NCBI RefSeq assembly: GCF_001194135.2
Contig: NC_068981.1
Coordinates: 50,469,364 to 50,531,820 of the forward strand
Length of the DNA: 62,457 bases
From: Octopus bimaculoides
Lineage: Eukaryota
Direction of reading: 5' to 3'
This document shows, one piece after another, positions 50,131 to 62,457 of this stretch. Position 1 is the first letter of the stretch. Each line of letters begins with the position of its first letter. The notes below the pieces were generated by a model that did not search any database, was not told the origin of the DNA, and saw only the letters and a list, made by a program, of their open reading frames with translations. Made by a program: the position numbers and the translations under genes.

Positions 50131-52019
50131 TAAACTGTAACATTTTGTTATCTACATTCCAAAGATGGAGCATCGTATCGTTTTAGAAACTAGCTCCTTC
50201 TTCAGAGGAAGAATTTATATGTTTAGATATGAAGAGACATACATACATACATACATACATACATACATACATACATACATACGTACATACATACATACAT
50301 ATAAACAAACATATGCATTGATCAATCTGATACACCCGTAACGCGGACGAGTGTAATAAAACCAAAATATGGCTTTCGTTTCTGCAGGTTGCTTTTAAAA
50401 ATCGGACCTGCTCTAATTCATGTTATTTATATTGTCCTAAATTTATCTCTCCTTCATGTTGAAAGATGAACAGCAGTGTTTTTACCTTAAACTTGTTGGA
50501 TAATTTCACTTAATCAATACTTTCAACTCATTATATTACCATAAATGTTTGTAATATAAAACGTATATTCATTAAAGCTAGTGCATTTGAAATTAGCAAA
50601 ATATAAACCTAGCGGTCTATTACAAGAATTTTTACCTTATAATATTTCTTTTCTCATGCTTTCCAAAGTGGAAACTACCAAAGAAAGCACGAGCGAAGAC
50701 ATTTAAATTGCACTAAGTGTAGATTATTCACTGTTAATATCATTATGTAATATTTTTATTGATTTTTAGACAGTTTCTATAGTTTAATTCCCATTAATTT
50801 TTCTTTATGTTTTCAGCTTTTTTTATTTCAACTGAAAATTTATTTCCAATTAACCTATGATATATAATCGCTTCATCGTAACATTTAAAAAATCTATTAT
50901 GTTCAACATGTCGTAAAAACATTAACAGTACAGTTTCATAAACGTTCCTGTGTGTTTTATTTTTGCATTTTCATTATTCACTTCGTTACTAAGCTTTTTA
51001 TTATCATTTCCAAAACAATCTTTAGGTTAAAGCAATATCGAGAGGTCAAAGAGCATAGCCAACATTTCATATTATCTTTATAAATGATTGATGCTCATTC
51101 ACATCAGTATTGTTATTACTTTTGGTACTTTTATTGATTCTATTGTTCATTTACTGTTTACAATAGCTGAGTTAACCATTTGTTAGGCCGGGTTGCTAGT
51201 GCCAATCTAATGTTTAATGAAACAGAAGTGTTATTAATATTTTCGCTCACATAGAAAGAGGTTAGATGAAAAATGTTTTATTGATTAGCATTTCAGTTCT
51301 ACTCCCGATTCATATCTACAATATTTCCAGTCTTCTTTACTCAATAAATTAAGTAAACTGATTGGATTTATTGTTGGAATCAATATTATTTCTGTATTGT
51401 CAAAACCATAATAATTAGTAGCAACTCATGACCACAAAATCAATGAAACTATGGAGAGAAAAAGCAAAAACACACGCTATTCTGATCGATAATTATGACG
51501 ATTACTTGCTACCTTGTGTTTACTATACTCTCTCGTCAATGCAATTATCTCCACTATTCTCCTTTTCTTAAACCAGACACTATGACCGACATCAGCAATG
51601 GTGTTCTCCTGTAGCTGTAACATCCTTTGTGCACTTTGTTTTACGACAAATTTGACTAGATAATGTAATAATTACAGAATATCCATATTTGGCACAAGAT
51701 TAAAATCTGTTATAATGCGGAAGGTGATTTAGCTGGAGATTTAAATGCTGACTTTTCTTTGACAGCAAATTTTAACAGAATCGCCAAATGTCATCTCATT
51801 CTTGGAATTGATCGTTATAACCGTCGATGTTAAACTGAAATTTTATAGGAATGTTCTTTTGAATGTAATACTTAAGACTTAATAGCATTTAAATACTCAC
51901 CCTCTCATGAACATTTTGTTCATAAAAATTGTTAAAAATTATGAATTTATATGTTTAACCGTATCAACCTAAGTGTATTAACGTACATATCTGTGTATAT
52001 ATGCGTATATCTTTGCAGA

Positions 52020-52160
52020 ATGGCAAATGGCTAAAAATTCGATTCTGAATTATGCAGTCCAGGGTTTAATCTCACCACTTGCGAAATTGGATGCGTTTTA
52101 TCGTGGGCCGAGTCGACCCGAAGCCTCTAATGAGTAATTTGATAGACGGTAAATAAACCT
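52020..52160 (+). mobile_element. Degenerate SINE, same family as 44337-44500
   Basis: GGGCCGAGTCGACCCGAAGCCT...GAGTAATTTGATAGACGG. Confidence 0.45.
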
Positions 52161-52799
52161 ACAATTGATTATAACTGAAAATCAAATGACAAGCTTTCTT
52201 CTACACGTTGTGCCATGCTCTCTCAGCCTCTCAGCCTGAAGATTACATTAGTGATACACATGTATGTGGATTAGTCAGTTGCTTATACGCTAATTGAATT
52301 AGAATATAGCACAGCAGATGGAACAACTGAATTCATATTGTCAAAAGTGACAGCGGTTCATCTATTTTACATGGTACATGGAGACACAGTTGAAGTAACA
52401 CTTCATTCATTCATTCATACCTTACGGCAACCAAGCCTCATAAATAGTCAACATAGAAACCTCACGCTAAATCTGCATCGATTCGTTGAAGAGAAACTGG
52501 AGAATATCCTCCAATCGTGTTATGCTAAGCGTGTAGTTTTTCAGCGTGAAAAATACAGAAAGAGCATACGTATGAAAGTAATATATTATAGCACTCCTTC
52601 CCTTAAATTTGAGCGCTTGCGATCGCTTTGCTTGTTAAGCCTCTCTATCGATGGTGATATTTCGACGTGAATGTATGTTACATAAAAATAACATCTTAAA
52701 TACTATTCTTTTCAGTTACCGAAAATTGTTTAGCTCTCAAACAGATATAACTTCTACAAAACCCACGTAAATCTCACAACACTTTCACATCCGAAAGAA

Positions 52800-55080
52800 T
52801 GTTGCTGCTACTCGCTCAAGCTTTTGAACTATATCTTTAGAAAGACTGCTCGACTTTCGACGAGAAATCACTCACAAACACCGGAAAACCTCTGGTCTGC
52901 TGCTGTACCGTTTCCTCCCTTCTCACTCGATTCACTGGCCTCTTCATTTCTATTCAACCATATTTTATCCTAACCTTCAGACACTGCACTACCAGCGACA
53001 TCCTGCTTATGCTTGTCAAAGAGTTAGTCCTCTGGAATGCTTTTCCTAAAGTCACTTTTGTACAGTCAATATTTGAAAGGTTTCAGCGGAACTTGAAAGT
53101 CACACATTATGCTTGCTACTATAGGCAGCGATGAATATAGGCATAGATCCGTCTTCCACACAAAAGTAATACAATAAATCAAACACTAACGTAATCACAT
53201 GTCAACATTTATCAAAGCGAGCTGCTACATAGAGGAATGATAAACATATAATCAACTGTTGAAACTGCTAAAAAAACGTAAGAAAATACGAAAAAAAAAC
53301 AAACTGCAGCAGTGGAGAATATAAAGTCAGATCTTGAGTTATTTTTCCATTGCACTAAGCAGAAATCATCTGCACTCAATCAGATTGGTTCTCTAATTGA
53401 CCATAAATGGATCATATACAAATAATTCATCAGAAATATGCGTGCTTTTGCTTCAAAAGTGTAACTATTCATTTCTCCAACCTATAATTAACAAAATAAT
53501 AGATCATCCAAACGAAAGCTTTCATCCACAGAATTCAACTGCAGAGGCATTCTGAGAAATTATATGCTTCCAACAATAAATGAACAAGATTCAAACAGCA
53601 CCGGTACCAGAGTGCCTCCTCGCCTTATTGTTAAAACAGACCAAAACAGCCCCGCCAAACCATTACAGACGCTATTCAAATGTCGCTAGATAACGGCATA
53701 TTCACAAAAATACTAAAAGGAACAATAGTAACACATATAAACAGAGGGGATCGCAAGGTAGAAGCTAAAAATTAGACACCTTTCGCTCACATATCATACA
53801 TTAAGTTGTTGAACTTATTTTCTGAAAAAGAGTTGCGTACCTTTAAGAAAACAACCTCTTAGACGATACCCAACATGTCTTTGGGAATAGACGTAATTGC
53901 CTGTTACAACTATTACAGCAGAATGACATTATCCTCAACAATCTCATGAGAAGAATGAACAGTGATAATATAGATTTTGTTAAAGCGTTGGACAAGATTG
54001 ATTATGGAATCATCTGTCATAGGTTAAGGTATCTTAGTATCACTGATAAACTAGGAGAATGACTTTTCGACTTCCTTCGAGGTAATAATCCATCTGCTGC
54101 TACCAACAATGTTCTCTCTGCAAAGTCATCTGTAATAAGTGGTATAGCTCAAGGTAGGGTGCGAGGACCATTATTATTTATCATCACCCTATCACAACTG
54201 CACGCGGCTAAACAAACGTTTTCCGCTGACGCCACAACAATGTCGTTAGCTATCCAAACTCCAAAATAAGTTAAATCACAGTCATCAATTGGCAGGTAAA
54301 ACAATATGAAATTTAATACATCAAAATTTCAGGTTCTTCATTATGGACAGAATACACACAAATGACATATTTGAGACAAGCTAACAATGATTCAGAGAGC
54401 TAATGATATACGCGACTTAGGAATAATCATATCAAATGATGCCTCTTTCCTCAGCCACTTCAACAAACTAACGACATCTCGCAGGATGGATCCTACGTAC
54501 CTTCGTGACAAGAGAACCCTTAACAATGCTGACTCTATGGAAAAACTTACTTCTGAGTAGATTACATTACTTCTCACAGACTTGACCTCCAAAATCATCT
54601 GGCCTCATAGAAGAAATTAAAGGGTTACAAATGTGGTCTCCTGTAAATCAACTTCGGCTAAAGCCCTAATTACTGCGAACGCCTGAAAGATTTGCGTCTC
54701 CATTTTCTTCAATGTCGGGAAGAGCGATATACTGTTATATACGTATGGAAAATACATGGAGAGTGTGTTCCAAGCTTCAGCATTAGAGAAAAATTTAATA
54801 CATATACTTGTAGAAACTGTCCGATTCCCAATATACTACTTTCGAAATCGCGAACAAAACACACTATTGAACCAGTCTGATATTTAGAAGTCATCGGTTG
54901 GTCAACTACATGTCCAAAGAAATCTGAAATATAAAAGAGACTTCTACGGAAGCATAACAAAAAAACATTTGATAATTTCCTAGCGACGATAACGGACAAA
55001 CCAACCATTCAAATATGCACTCAGGGGTGGGGTTCGCCTGTTACAAATACAACCATAAACCAATTTACAGTCACACAGCT
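52800..55080 (+). mobile_element. Decayed CR1-type LINE RT region
   Basis: AVENIKSD..LFF; QHVFGNRRNCLLQLL; DFVKALDKIDYGII; VISGIAQGRVRGPLLFII; FSADA (FADD-like); LRLHFLQCREERYTVIYVWK; FDNFLATITDKP. The 5' boundary is uncertain. Confidence 0.85.
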
Positions 55081-56802
55081 AAATAGCAATAAAATAAATT
55101 AAGGTCGCACTCCTACCACTGAAAGTATTAAAAGAATAAAGTAACATAACCGAATACACCATGTTTCATCTAAATTCAGCGGCATCATTGATTCCAGTGT
55201 TTCATAAGTGACGAGAAACGTAAAAGTAATACTACAAAAATAAAGTATTTGAAGACGTATGGTGTGATCTGTAACGTACCTGTTTGAAAATATCTTGAAT
55301 AAATAAGTAACATTGCGAACTGTGGGATTTAATGTAATATTACGCAAAAGTTTGGCAAGGATATTGTTATGTAGTAATCCCAATAAATTCACAAAACAAT
55401 CCTTTACTATTAAAAACTGCTCTCTGATCATACGCAATAAGTTTTGATAGGGTACACAATGTTGAAAATCATCATGCGCATTTCTATGCATAGTGAGTCT
55501 GTCCCAAGTCTCATTTATTTATGCGATATAGCGTACTAAACCAGTTCTTAGAATTTGTCCTATAAATTTGGAAATTGACCTAACATTCCAACATTTTGTC
55601 ATATCATTCTACATTAAATTTCATTCTATTAGTAAATGGTAAATACACCCATACATCTCCATTTGATATACTTATAAGAAAACAAAATGATGTAGTGACT
55701 AGAATATTCTTAGGGACAAACACGTTATTTTAGCAGTTTGTTTTCATTTTATATCGCTTCAATAAAACATCAGCGTATGATTTTATTATAAGCATATAAT
55801 AATTGCGGTCGAAGGAATAGTTTAGGATTGCATGATTATAGTAATCAATAACGATATTATTTATAATTAGAAATTTTTTTCCACTGGCTTCTATGTTCCA
55901 TTTAAATACATTTCTAGCACCATTGTTATTCGACATGTACTGTATTTGCATGTTGCGCTTTCGATTTGTATTTTACTTTGGTGAAGACAACATGTGAAAC
56001 ATAAAAAAAGTTACTGGGATGCTTATTAACAAAATACAAGTAAAATCAACATAGGCAGAACCGGCTTGAAATTTTCAATGAATATCAACGGGAATTGCTA
56101 AACAATGTTCATTTCAGTAACGATATATTTTATTATTTACACCACCCTTGCTGTGACCCATTCTTGAATACAGCAATAGCGTGTTTTCTTCCACAATACG
56201 ACTTCCACACACTACTCTCTCTGGAAAAGGGGACTGGAGAAAGGCTTAAATAGATTGGTGTCTCACTCAATAGCCCAACGGTGTCAACTGAATATATTGA
56301 AGTACATGATTGCTGTAAGTGTCCATTATATTATAACCATTTAGTTAGTATATAAGAGACTGTATATACATACATACATGCATTCGCACACACGAACACA
56401 CACACAAACACACAAACATACATGAATACATACACGCACGCTCACGCACACACACATACACCACACACACTTACACACACATATATATATGTATGTATAT
56501 AAGTTTGTATGAAAAGATGTTTTTCTTTCCTGGGATATATTATCCAAGCATACAACAGTTTAGCACTATATCGATTAACGATATTGGAAAAATTACATGT
56601 GCATATGTACTAGTGTTTATCCTTGGTTCTTCTTCAATATTAGCATCTTATGCTTCTGAAATTCCAGTTGTCGCTATAGAGATTTTCACCGTTTTCGATA
56701 TAGGAGAAAAAGTTTAATAATACAAAGAAATGAGAGGATACATACAGAGAATAATCAATCTATTAATTATCATAATCCAGTCGAATTAATGCGTTCATTC
56801 AG

Positions 56803-56903
56803 ATTGACTACACTGCGTTTCGGTTGATTGCTTTTATCCATATTTACGCATTTAACGTGCGTTACGAAGCTGAAAAATGCAAAGAAACCTCCTCAGAGCA
56901 AAT
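56803..56903 (-). ncRNA. Type I hammerhead-ribozyme-like motif, antisense to and just upstream of the PLE ORF
   Basis: Reverse complement TTGCT-CTGAGGA-GGTT(TCT)TTGC...GCAA(TC)AACC-GAAAC-GCAGT-GTA-GTCAA. There is an internal ACGCA/TGCGT hairpin in the helix II loop. Confidence 0.55.
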
Positions 56904-57036
56904 TAGCAGATATTTTTCACATCCTAACAGATGGAGAGTTTCTTACGATTGAAACGTTGCATGTGGTTCTTGGATTCTGCTCTAAAATAGCCTCAATAAG
57001 TACTCCACCTGTAAAATGGAGAGGACAGACAAATCA

Positions 57037-57986
57037 ATGAAATATATTCCAACGCAATCTAAAAAGGAATGTATGAAGGTATTAATTGAAAAAACAGTCG
57101 CATTCATTCACAGATTTAGATGGAGAACCTATTTCTATAAGGAGAAAGAAGAATCAAAGGATTTCGATATTGAGGAAGCATCACGAATCCAGAACACTTT
57201 CAAGACAAGGAAATACTTACCACCAAACAGTCATTTAGCAGCTTATGAGGACAAATTATCGACAATCGTTAAGAACGTTAATTTCTTTTTTTAAATTCCA
57301 TAAGGGAAATGAACATTTAAAGTGATTGAACTTTAAAGGACTTTAAGTGAGAAGACGGAATTCTTTGTTCATGCAGATAAGAGAAGTAAACTTTATAAGC
57401 TTAACATCCATCAGTATCCCAACTTAGAACAAAAGAAGTAAAATAAATAGTAGGGTATTGAAAATGATAAACAAAAAGGCTAAAGAAATAATGGCTAGTT
57501 TTAAAATAGACGACAAAACAGAGCCATTCGAACCGGGAAAACCTAGAATAAACTTAAAAATCCATGGGCTTAATTTTAACACTAACCCTAGCATTAGATT
57601 AATATACCCAGGTAAGTCCGACCTAGGAAAAGCAAAGCGATAATTGATAAATATATTCCAGCAATTAGAAGCGTCTTAAAATTAAAACTATGGTCTAACT
57701 CTAACGGACTCATAGTAAATTTAATAAAATAGACAACAAAAGTAAAAAAAAATTCCAAATCATATTGATAGCTACTATTCATCTATTCACTTTATTATAC
57801 TACTAAATAAAGCCCTCTTGTTTCCTAAACCGAATTCAAATTTTAATATGGACGACATCAACGTAATATTAGCAGCTAGGAAATCTATTACACAATTCAA
57901 TAATAAACACTGGGTAATGAAAGACCCTAATGATAGCTTCAACATAGCAATAGTAACTTCTTCAGTACAAGTTACAGATTTGGTGG

Positions 57987-58027
<41 letters not shown>

Positions 58028-59875
58028 GAAATAATAAATTTATAAATCTCTCAGAGAGACTTACGCAGTAGTGATGCGATAAAGTNNNNNNNNNNNNTAT
58101 ATATATATATATTATTTAAATTAGGTACGGAATTTCCGTGACTCAGATGAGGTCTATACAAGGATGATGCACTTTTTACCCTCGATAGCCTCTCTAATAG
58201 GAAGTTAGAAATGTATAAAGAGAGATTCTATAAACGTTTCAAGTGTATAGGACTATCTATCACTATCGAAAAGGAACATATCTCCGTCAACCTATTGCAC
58301 GTTGACCTAGATTTAGAAACAAGTAAATATAAGCCCAATAACTTAAGTTATATTAACAAAAGTAAAACCATCCAACAATTAGTCCAGAAAAGTTAGTTCA
58401 TAATATATCTAAAAGAATATCTAACCAATCGGCAAATAATGAAATTGTTAAGCAGAATCTGAATTATCATAACATCACAGTAAGTAAAGTTGGATACAAG
58501 CAAAAATTAAAACTCAGCAGACCAAGCGTAAAATCCAAAAATTGGAATAATGCACAAAATAACATTCCCAATAATGATACTAACATAGAAATTAATAATT
58601 ATAAAGATAAAAAGAATTCAGATGGAATAGAACATAAATCCGGTAAGAATAGTATTACAAAAGACATCAAGAAACAGAATACGGAAATAAATCAAACACC
58701 TATAACAAAGATGGAAACATCAAGAAACGTATAAAAGTCAAAAATAATAATTATGACTACATAAATACAGGCGAAAATAGGACAATAAACAAAATAAGGG
58801 AAAGAATAGAAAGGCTAAACGATAATATTCCTAACGATTCTGTAAAATTTGCACCCTATCCATAAATATCATTAACCTCCAGAAAAAATCATTCGAAATA
58901 TAATATAATATAAAATAATATAATATAAAGGAATTAGGAATAATATAGTAAAATTATTATACAACGCGGTCTCTAAGCAATTTGCAGGAAAAAAATAAAT
59001 ACCATAAAATAATAAACTCGTGCAGATTAAGGGCCGTTTAATGTTTCATACAAAAACATAGCACAAATTCTTGCTGCACAAAATACTAATAGATTAAATG
59101 TTTTCTACAATAATAGGAATAAAGAAAATAAAAATAAATTATTAAATGACCAAAATGGTGAGAAATTCAATGATAATATGAGGTAAACGAAGTAACTCTT
59201 AGGGAACCCCACTAAAATCTAAACATATAAATATACACTCTATAAAAAGAAGAAACGATGAGCGTAATATTAACAACTACAAGGATAATATAAATACAAA
59301 TATTGACAATATAAATATAAATATTAATACTCATACTTATAATAGCAGCAACAAATATAAAAGAGAAAACAATAAAAGTATTAAGGTACGTAAAGAAAAC
59401 AATGACAAAGTGGATAGTAACAAAACTATTAAACGATCAAAAGTAAATAATCTTAGATTAATAGTAACGACTCATAACATAGAAAGTAAATATAATGAGG
59501 ATAACTCAGATGGTATAAAATACAAGCGCAGCATTCTCAGTAGGGAAACAGGGTGTACGGTAGTATTTAAGGGACGGAATTACGACTATATGGGTTCTAC
59601 GAAAAATTATATAAAAAGAAGGTTAGCTAATCATGAAAACATCCTTAAGGATATGAAAAAGATGCTAGCACCAGTCTAAGTAAACTAGTTTGGGCGATTA
59701 GAGATATGAATAAGGACTATACACTTAAGTGGGAAATAATTAACCGAGCAGAATCTTATGGCGCTGGAAATAAAAGGTGTTAGCCTTGCGTCGAGGAAAT
59801 TTATCAGATTCTAAAATCAAAACGCCAACTAATCTAGAACAAGATGGAAAGGGATCTATTGTGTTCACAATGTTA
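57037..59875 (+). mobile_element. Decayed Penelope-like retroelement with C-terminal GIY-YIG, a different lineage from 24.4-26.6 kb (Hydra-clade-like; clade tentative)
   Basis: MKYIPTQSKKECMKVLIEKTVAFIHRFRWR; LKIHGLNFNTNPSIRLIYPGKSDLGK; AARKSITQFNNKHWVMK...FNI; LVGIY; GLYKDDALF; GLSITI...VNLLHVDLDL; YMGSTKNYIKRRLANH; SKLVWAI...LKWEIINRAESY...RC*PC.EE. Confidence 0.9.
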
Positions 59876-60113
59876 AATATACATTTAATAAATTTAAATA
59901 GATATGATTAAATAAGCACTATGTAAATAATACATGAGAATACCTGAGAATATTTCATAAAATTAAATATACTTTCAATAGAGTTAGATAAATTTAAATA
60001 GATTTGGTTAAAATAAACACCATATATATATAATACCTATGAATCGCGCATCTATACTATAAATTAAACAGACACACACGCATACACACATACACACACA
60101 AAACACATATATA

Positions 60114-61327
60114 TAGGGGTTGGGCAAAATAATGGAAACGCCTAGCATCATTGCATCATAATTTTGAATTATCTATAAAACTATCAAAAGCCTGTTTACT
60201 TTTATGTTTTTTTTTCTAATTTATTATTAGTGTTGCTTAATATGTTTTGTTAAAATTGCTGTTTCTGTTGAGATATCATCACAACAACGTAAGTAAAATT
60301 CATTAAAATGACCGATCTATCGGACTTTCAAAGAGGTCAAACTGTTGGTGCACGTATGGCAGACGCTAGCGTAACGTAAACAGCCAAAATGTTTGGTGTA
60401 TGAAAAAGTACTGTCACTAAAGTAATTACACCCTTTGAAAAAGAGGGAAAACCCTCCTTGTTGCAGTAAATCTCCGGAAGAAAGCCCAAACTTTCAGATA
60501 CGGACTGTCGGACACTTACGGGAATTGTTAGAAAGGATCACAAAAGTACAGCATCCAAAATCCTGCAGAGCTTAATGACCAGCTCGAGAACTTAATTTCC
60601 TTTCCACAAAACCTGTTCGCCGGTAGCTACGCAAAGCCGGATTTCACGGAGTGCAATCAGAAAACCACTACTTAAAAAAAAAAACGTTGCAAAGTGATTG
60701 GAGTGGTGTACAAACCTATAGAATTGGTCCCTAAAACAGTGGAAGAATGTTATTTTGTGGAACGAGTCATCATTTACCTTATTTTCAACCACCGGACTAG
60801 CATACGTGTGGAGAGAGCCAAAAGAAGCATTTGACCCACACTTCCTTCTTTCAACTGTTAAACATGGAATAGGATCTGTGAGGATCTGGGGGGGGCTATA
60901 TCTTGGAAATCCACCGGCCCAATAGTGCCCCTTCATGGCAGAATTAATAGTCAGGACTATTTAAGCATTTTTTCTGATCAAATACATCCTGTGTTTGCGG
61001 AACTGTTTCCGGAGGGAGACACAATCTTTCGGGATAATAATGCACCAATTCACCTAGCTAAATGACACGAGGAATATTCCAGTGAAGCTGCATTTCTTCT
61101 CTGAGCACTACAGTCCCCAGATCTCAAAATTATTGAACATTTATGGTGAATTTTAGAAAAACAAATAAGCAGTCGATATCTTCAATCATTACCACTACAA
61201 GAACTGAAGACTGCTTTAGCTGAAGAATGGAAAAATATTTCTTTGGAAACAATTCAAACTTTGTAGGAATCCATAACTCGTAGAATTCAAGCTGTAATTA
61301 CTGCCAAAGGCGGTCCTACCCCATATT
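60114..61327 (+). mobile_element. Decayed Tc1-family transposon; left TIR present, right TIR not found
   Basis: TA|TAGGGGTTGGGCAAAATAATGGAAAC. Motifs: MTDLSDFQRGQTVGA; SGRKPKLS; AIRKPLL; WKNVILWNESSF; TVKHG; FRDNNAPIH; SPDLKIIEHLW; AVITAKGGPTPY. Confidence 0.92.
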
Positions 61328-62057
61328 TTTTAGAACGTAAACCAAGAGGCGTATGCTACAATTCCATCGGAACCGACACTCCATAAATTAGGATGTGAAA
61401 ACTATCAACCAATTTTCTCTGATGAGGTGTTTTATTTTTTTCAAATTCAGAATGCACTATCAAATGTGTAAATAAGGATATGAGCAATCAGCCAAAAGTA
61501 GAGATCGTAATATGAATGAACTCATTAATTCGAGTGCACTATGATAATAAATAAACTGATCATGACTAAATAACACTAGACTCTAATGTTGTTTATCAAC
61601 CTTGCAATATTGACGCTGGGCTATGTAAGCAAGCAACTGATGAGGAGGATCGTTGGCGAAAATTCTCATCACAAGACTTAAGGTCAATATCCGCAGGGGT
61701 AGACAGAGGAACTTTGCAACCGCATTCAGCTGGGAAATCAGTGTTCAGTAGGTTGTGATTAAAAGTGCTGTTTCAGACGTCGATTACAATCTGTTGTATC
61801 AAGATTTCGTACATCAGTCTATAACATGTATATTAATACTATACTACAACTACAATAATACTGGTCAGTTCTGAAGGCCTCTTCTAAGATAGTCTCAAAA
61901 CCAAGTGTTTAATATATATGGACATCTGTGTATGTACATTTAAATGTACATATATGTATTTATGCTTATTTATGTATATCTATATCTGCTATGTGAGTTT
62001 TTATGGTTTTTATATTTTTATATTTGGATATTTTAAATTAACCTTATGAACTTTATA

Positions 62058-62223
62058 AAATCTCTGAAGAGGCCTAGAGAATCATCAATGTACCTCAATG
62101 AAATAGAGGTACATCTATTATTTCATCCATTAGTTACTTACATCTATTAATTACTTCAGCCTACTGGAGTTATATAGATAGATTGTGGCATGTCGCACTA
62201 GACTGAAACAGCTGTAAGTCATT
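62058..62223 (+). ncRNA. Type I hammerhead-like motif with large helix II insertion
   Basis: TCT-CTGAAGA-GGCCTAG...(120 nt including hairpin ATGTACCTC/GAGGTACAT)...CTAGACT-GAAAC-AGCT-GTA-AG. Helix III is the palindromic ACAGCTGT. Confidence 0.5.
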
Positions 62224-62395
62224 ATCCCATTTTCTCTAACTAGATGTTCTTTTTTAATTACTGATATGATATAATATGTCGCATGTGTTTGTATATTGTT
62301 ATTATTGTCCTTTTAGTAAACAAATAAACAGGTAATTTGACACAATATAATATCTGCAAGTTGAGGAATGCCACGTATTCCCTCCATTTTCTTAT

Positions 62396-62398
<3 letters not shown>

Positions 62399-62457
<59 letters not shown>
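62399..62457. repeat. (CT)n microsatellite at the window end
   Basis: Direct reading. Confidence 0.97.

Noticed and set aside
55099-55491. 130-aa minus-strand ORF
   Set aside because: No recognisable motif, hydrophobic AT-driven composition and no splice context.
56915-56970. Second plus-strand hammerhead-like fold (CACAT/ATGTG around GAAACGTT)
   Set aside because: The 5' core reads CTAACAGA rather than CTGANGA and helix II does not pair.
57037-59875. Selenocysteine (UGA) recoding as reported for some Naiad PLEs
   Set aside because: The interruptions include TAA, TAG and frameshifts, and the nuclease is C-terminal, so this is ordinary decay.
61400-61800. Two CTGATGAG boxes and a weak SNVVY..C..DAGYV GIY-YIG-like stretch
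   Set aside because: No paired helix II with an adjacent GAAA, and the protein motif needs a frameshift and is too degenerate.

Overview
AT-rich, microsatellite-dense animal genomic DNA from a gapped draft assembly with 12 N-runs. The repeat families resemble those I recall from octopus (cephalopod) genomes; this is inference, not a database result. I cannot support any intact host protein-coding gene. Nearly all listed ORFs are microsatellite translations, gap artefacts or pieces of decayed transposons. The transposon remnants are: three Penelope-like element (PLE) remnants with RT and/or GIY-YIG motifs (11.5-12.6, 24.4-26.7 and 57.0-59.9 kb), three R4/Dong-type RLE LINE remnants, a CR1-type LINE, a Helitron with both termini, a deleted mariner, a truncated Tc1, a young foldback/MITE with ~153-bp arms, and at least three tRNA-derived SINE families. 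The most interesting signal is a set of minimal type I hammerhead-ribozyme-like motifs (240-285, 56803-56903, 62058-62223). Two partial copies also suggest a tRNA-headed SINE whose tail carries a Penelope-type hammerhead (97-345 together with 39586-39689).
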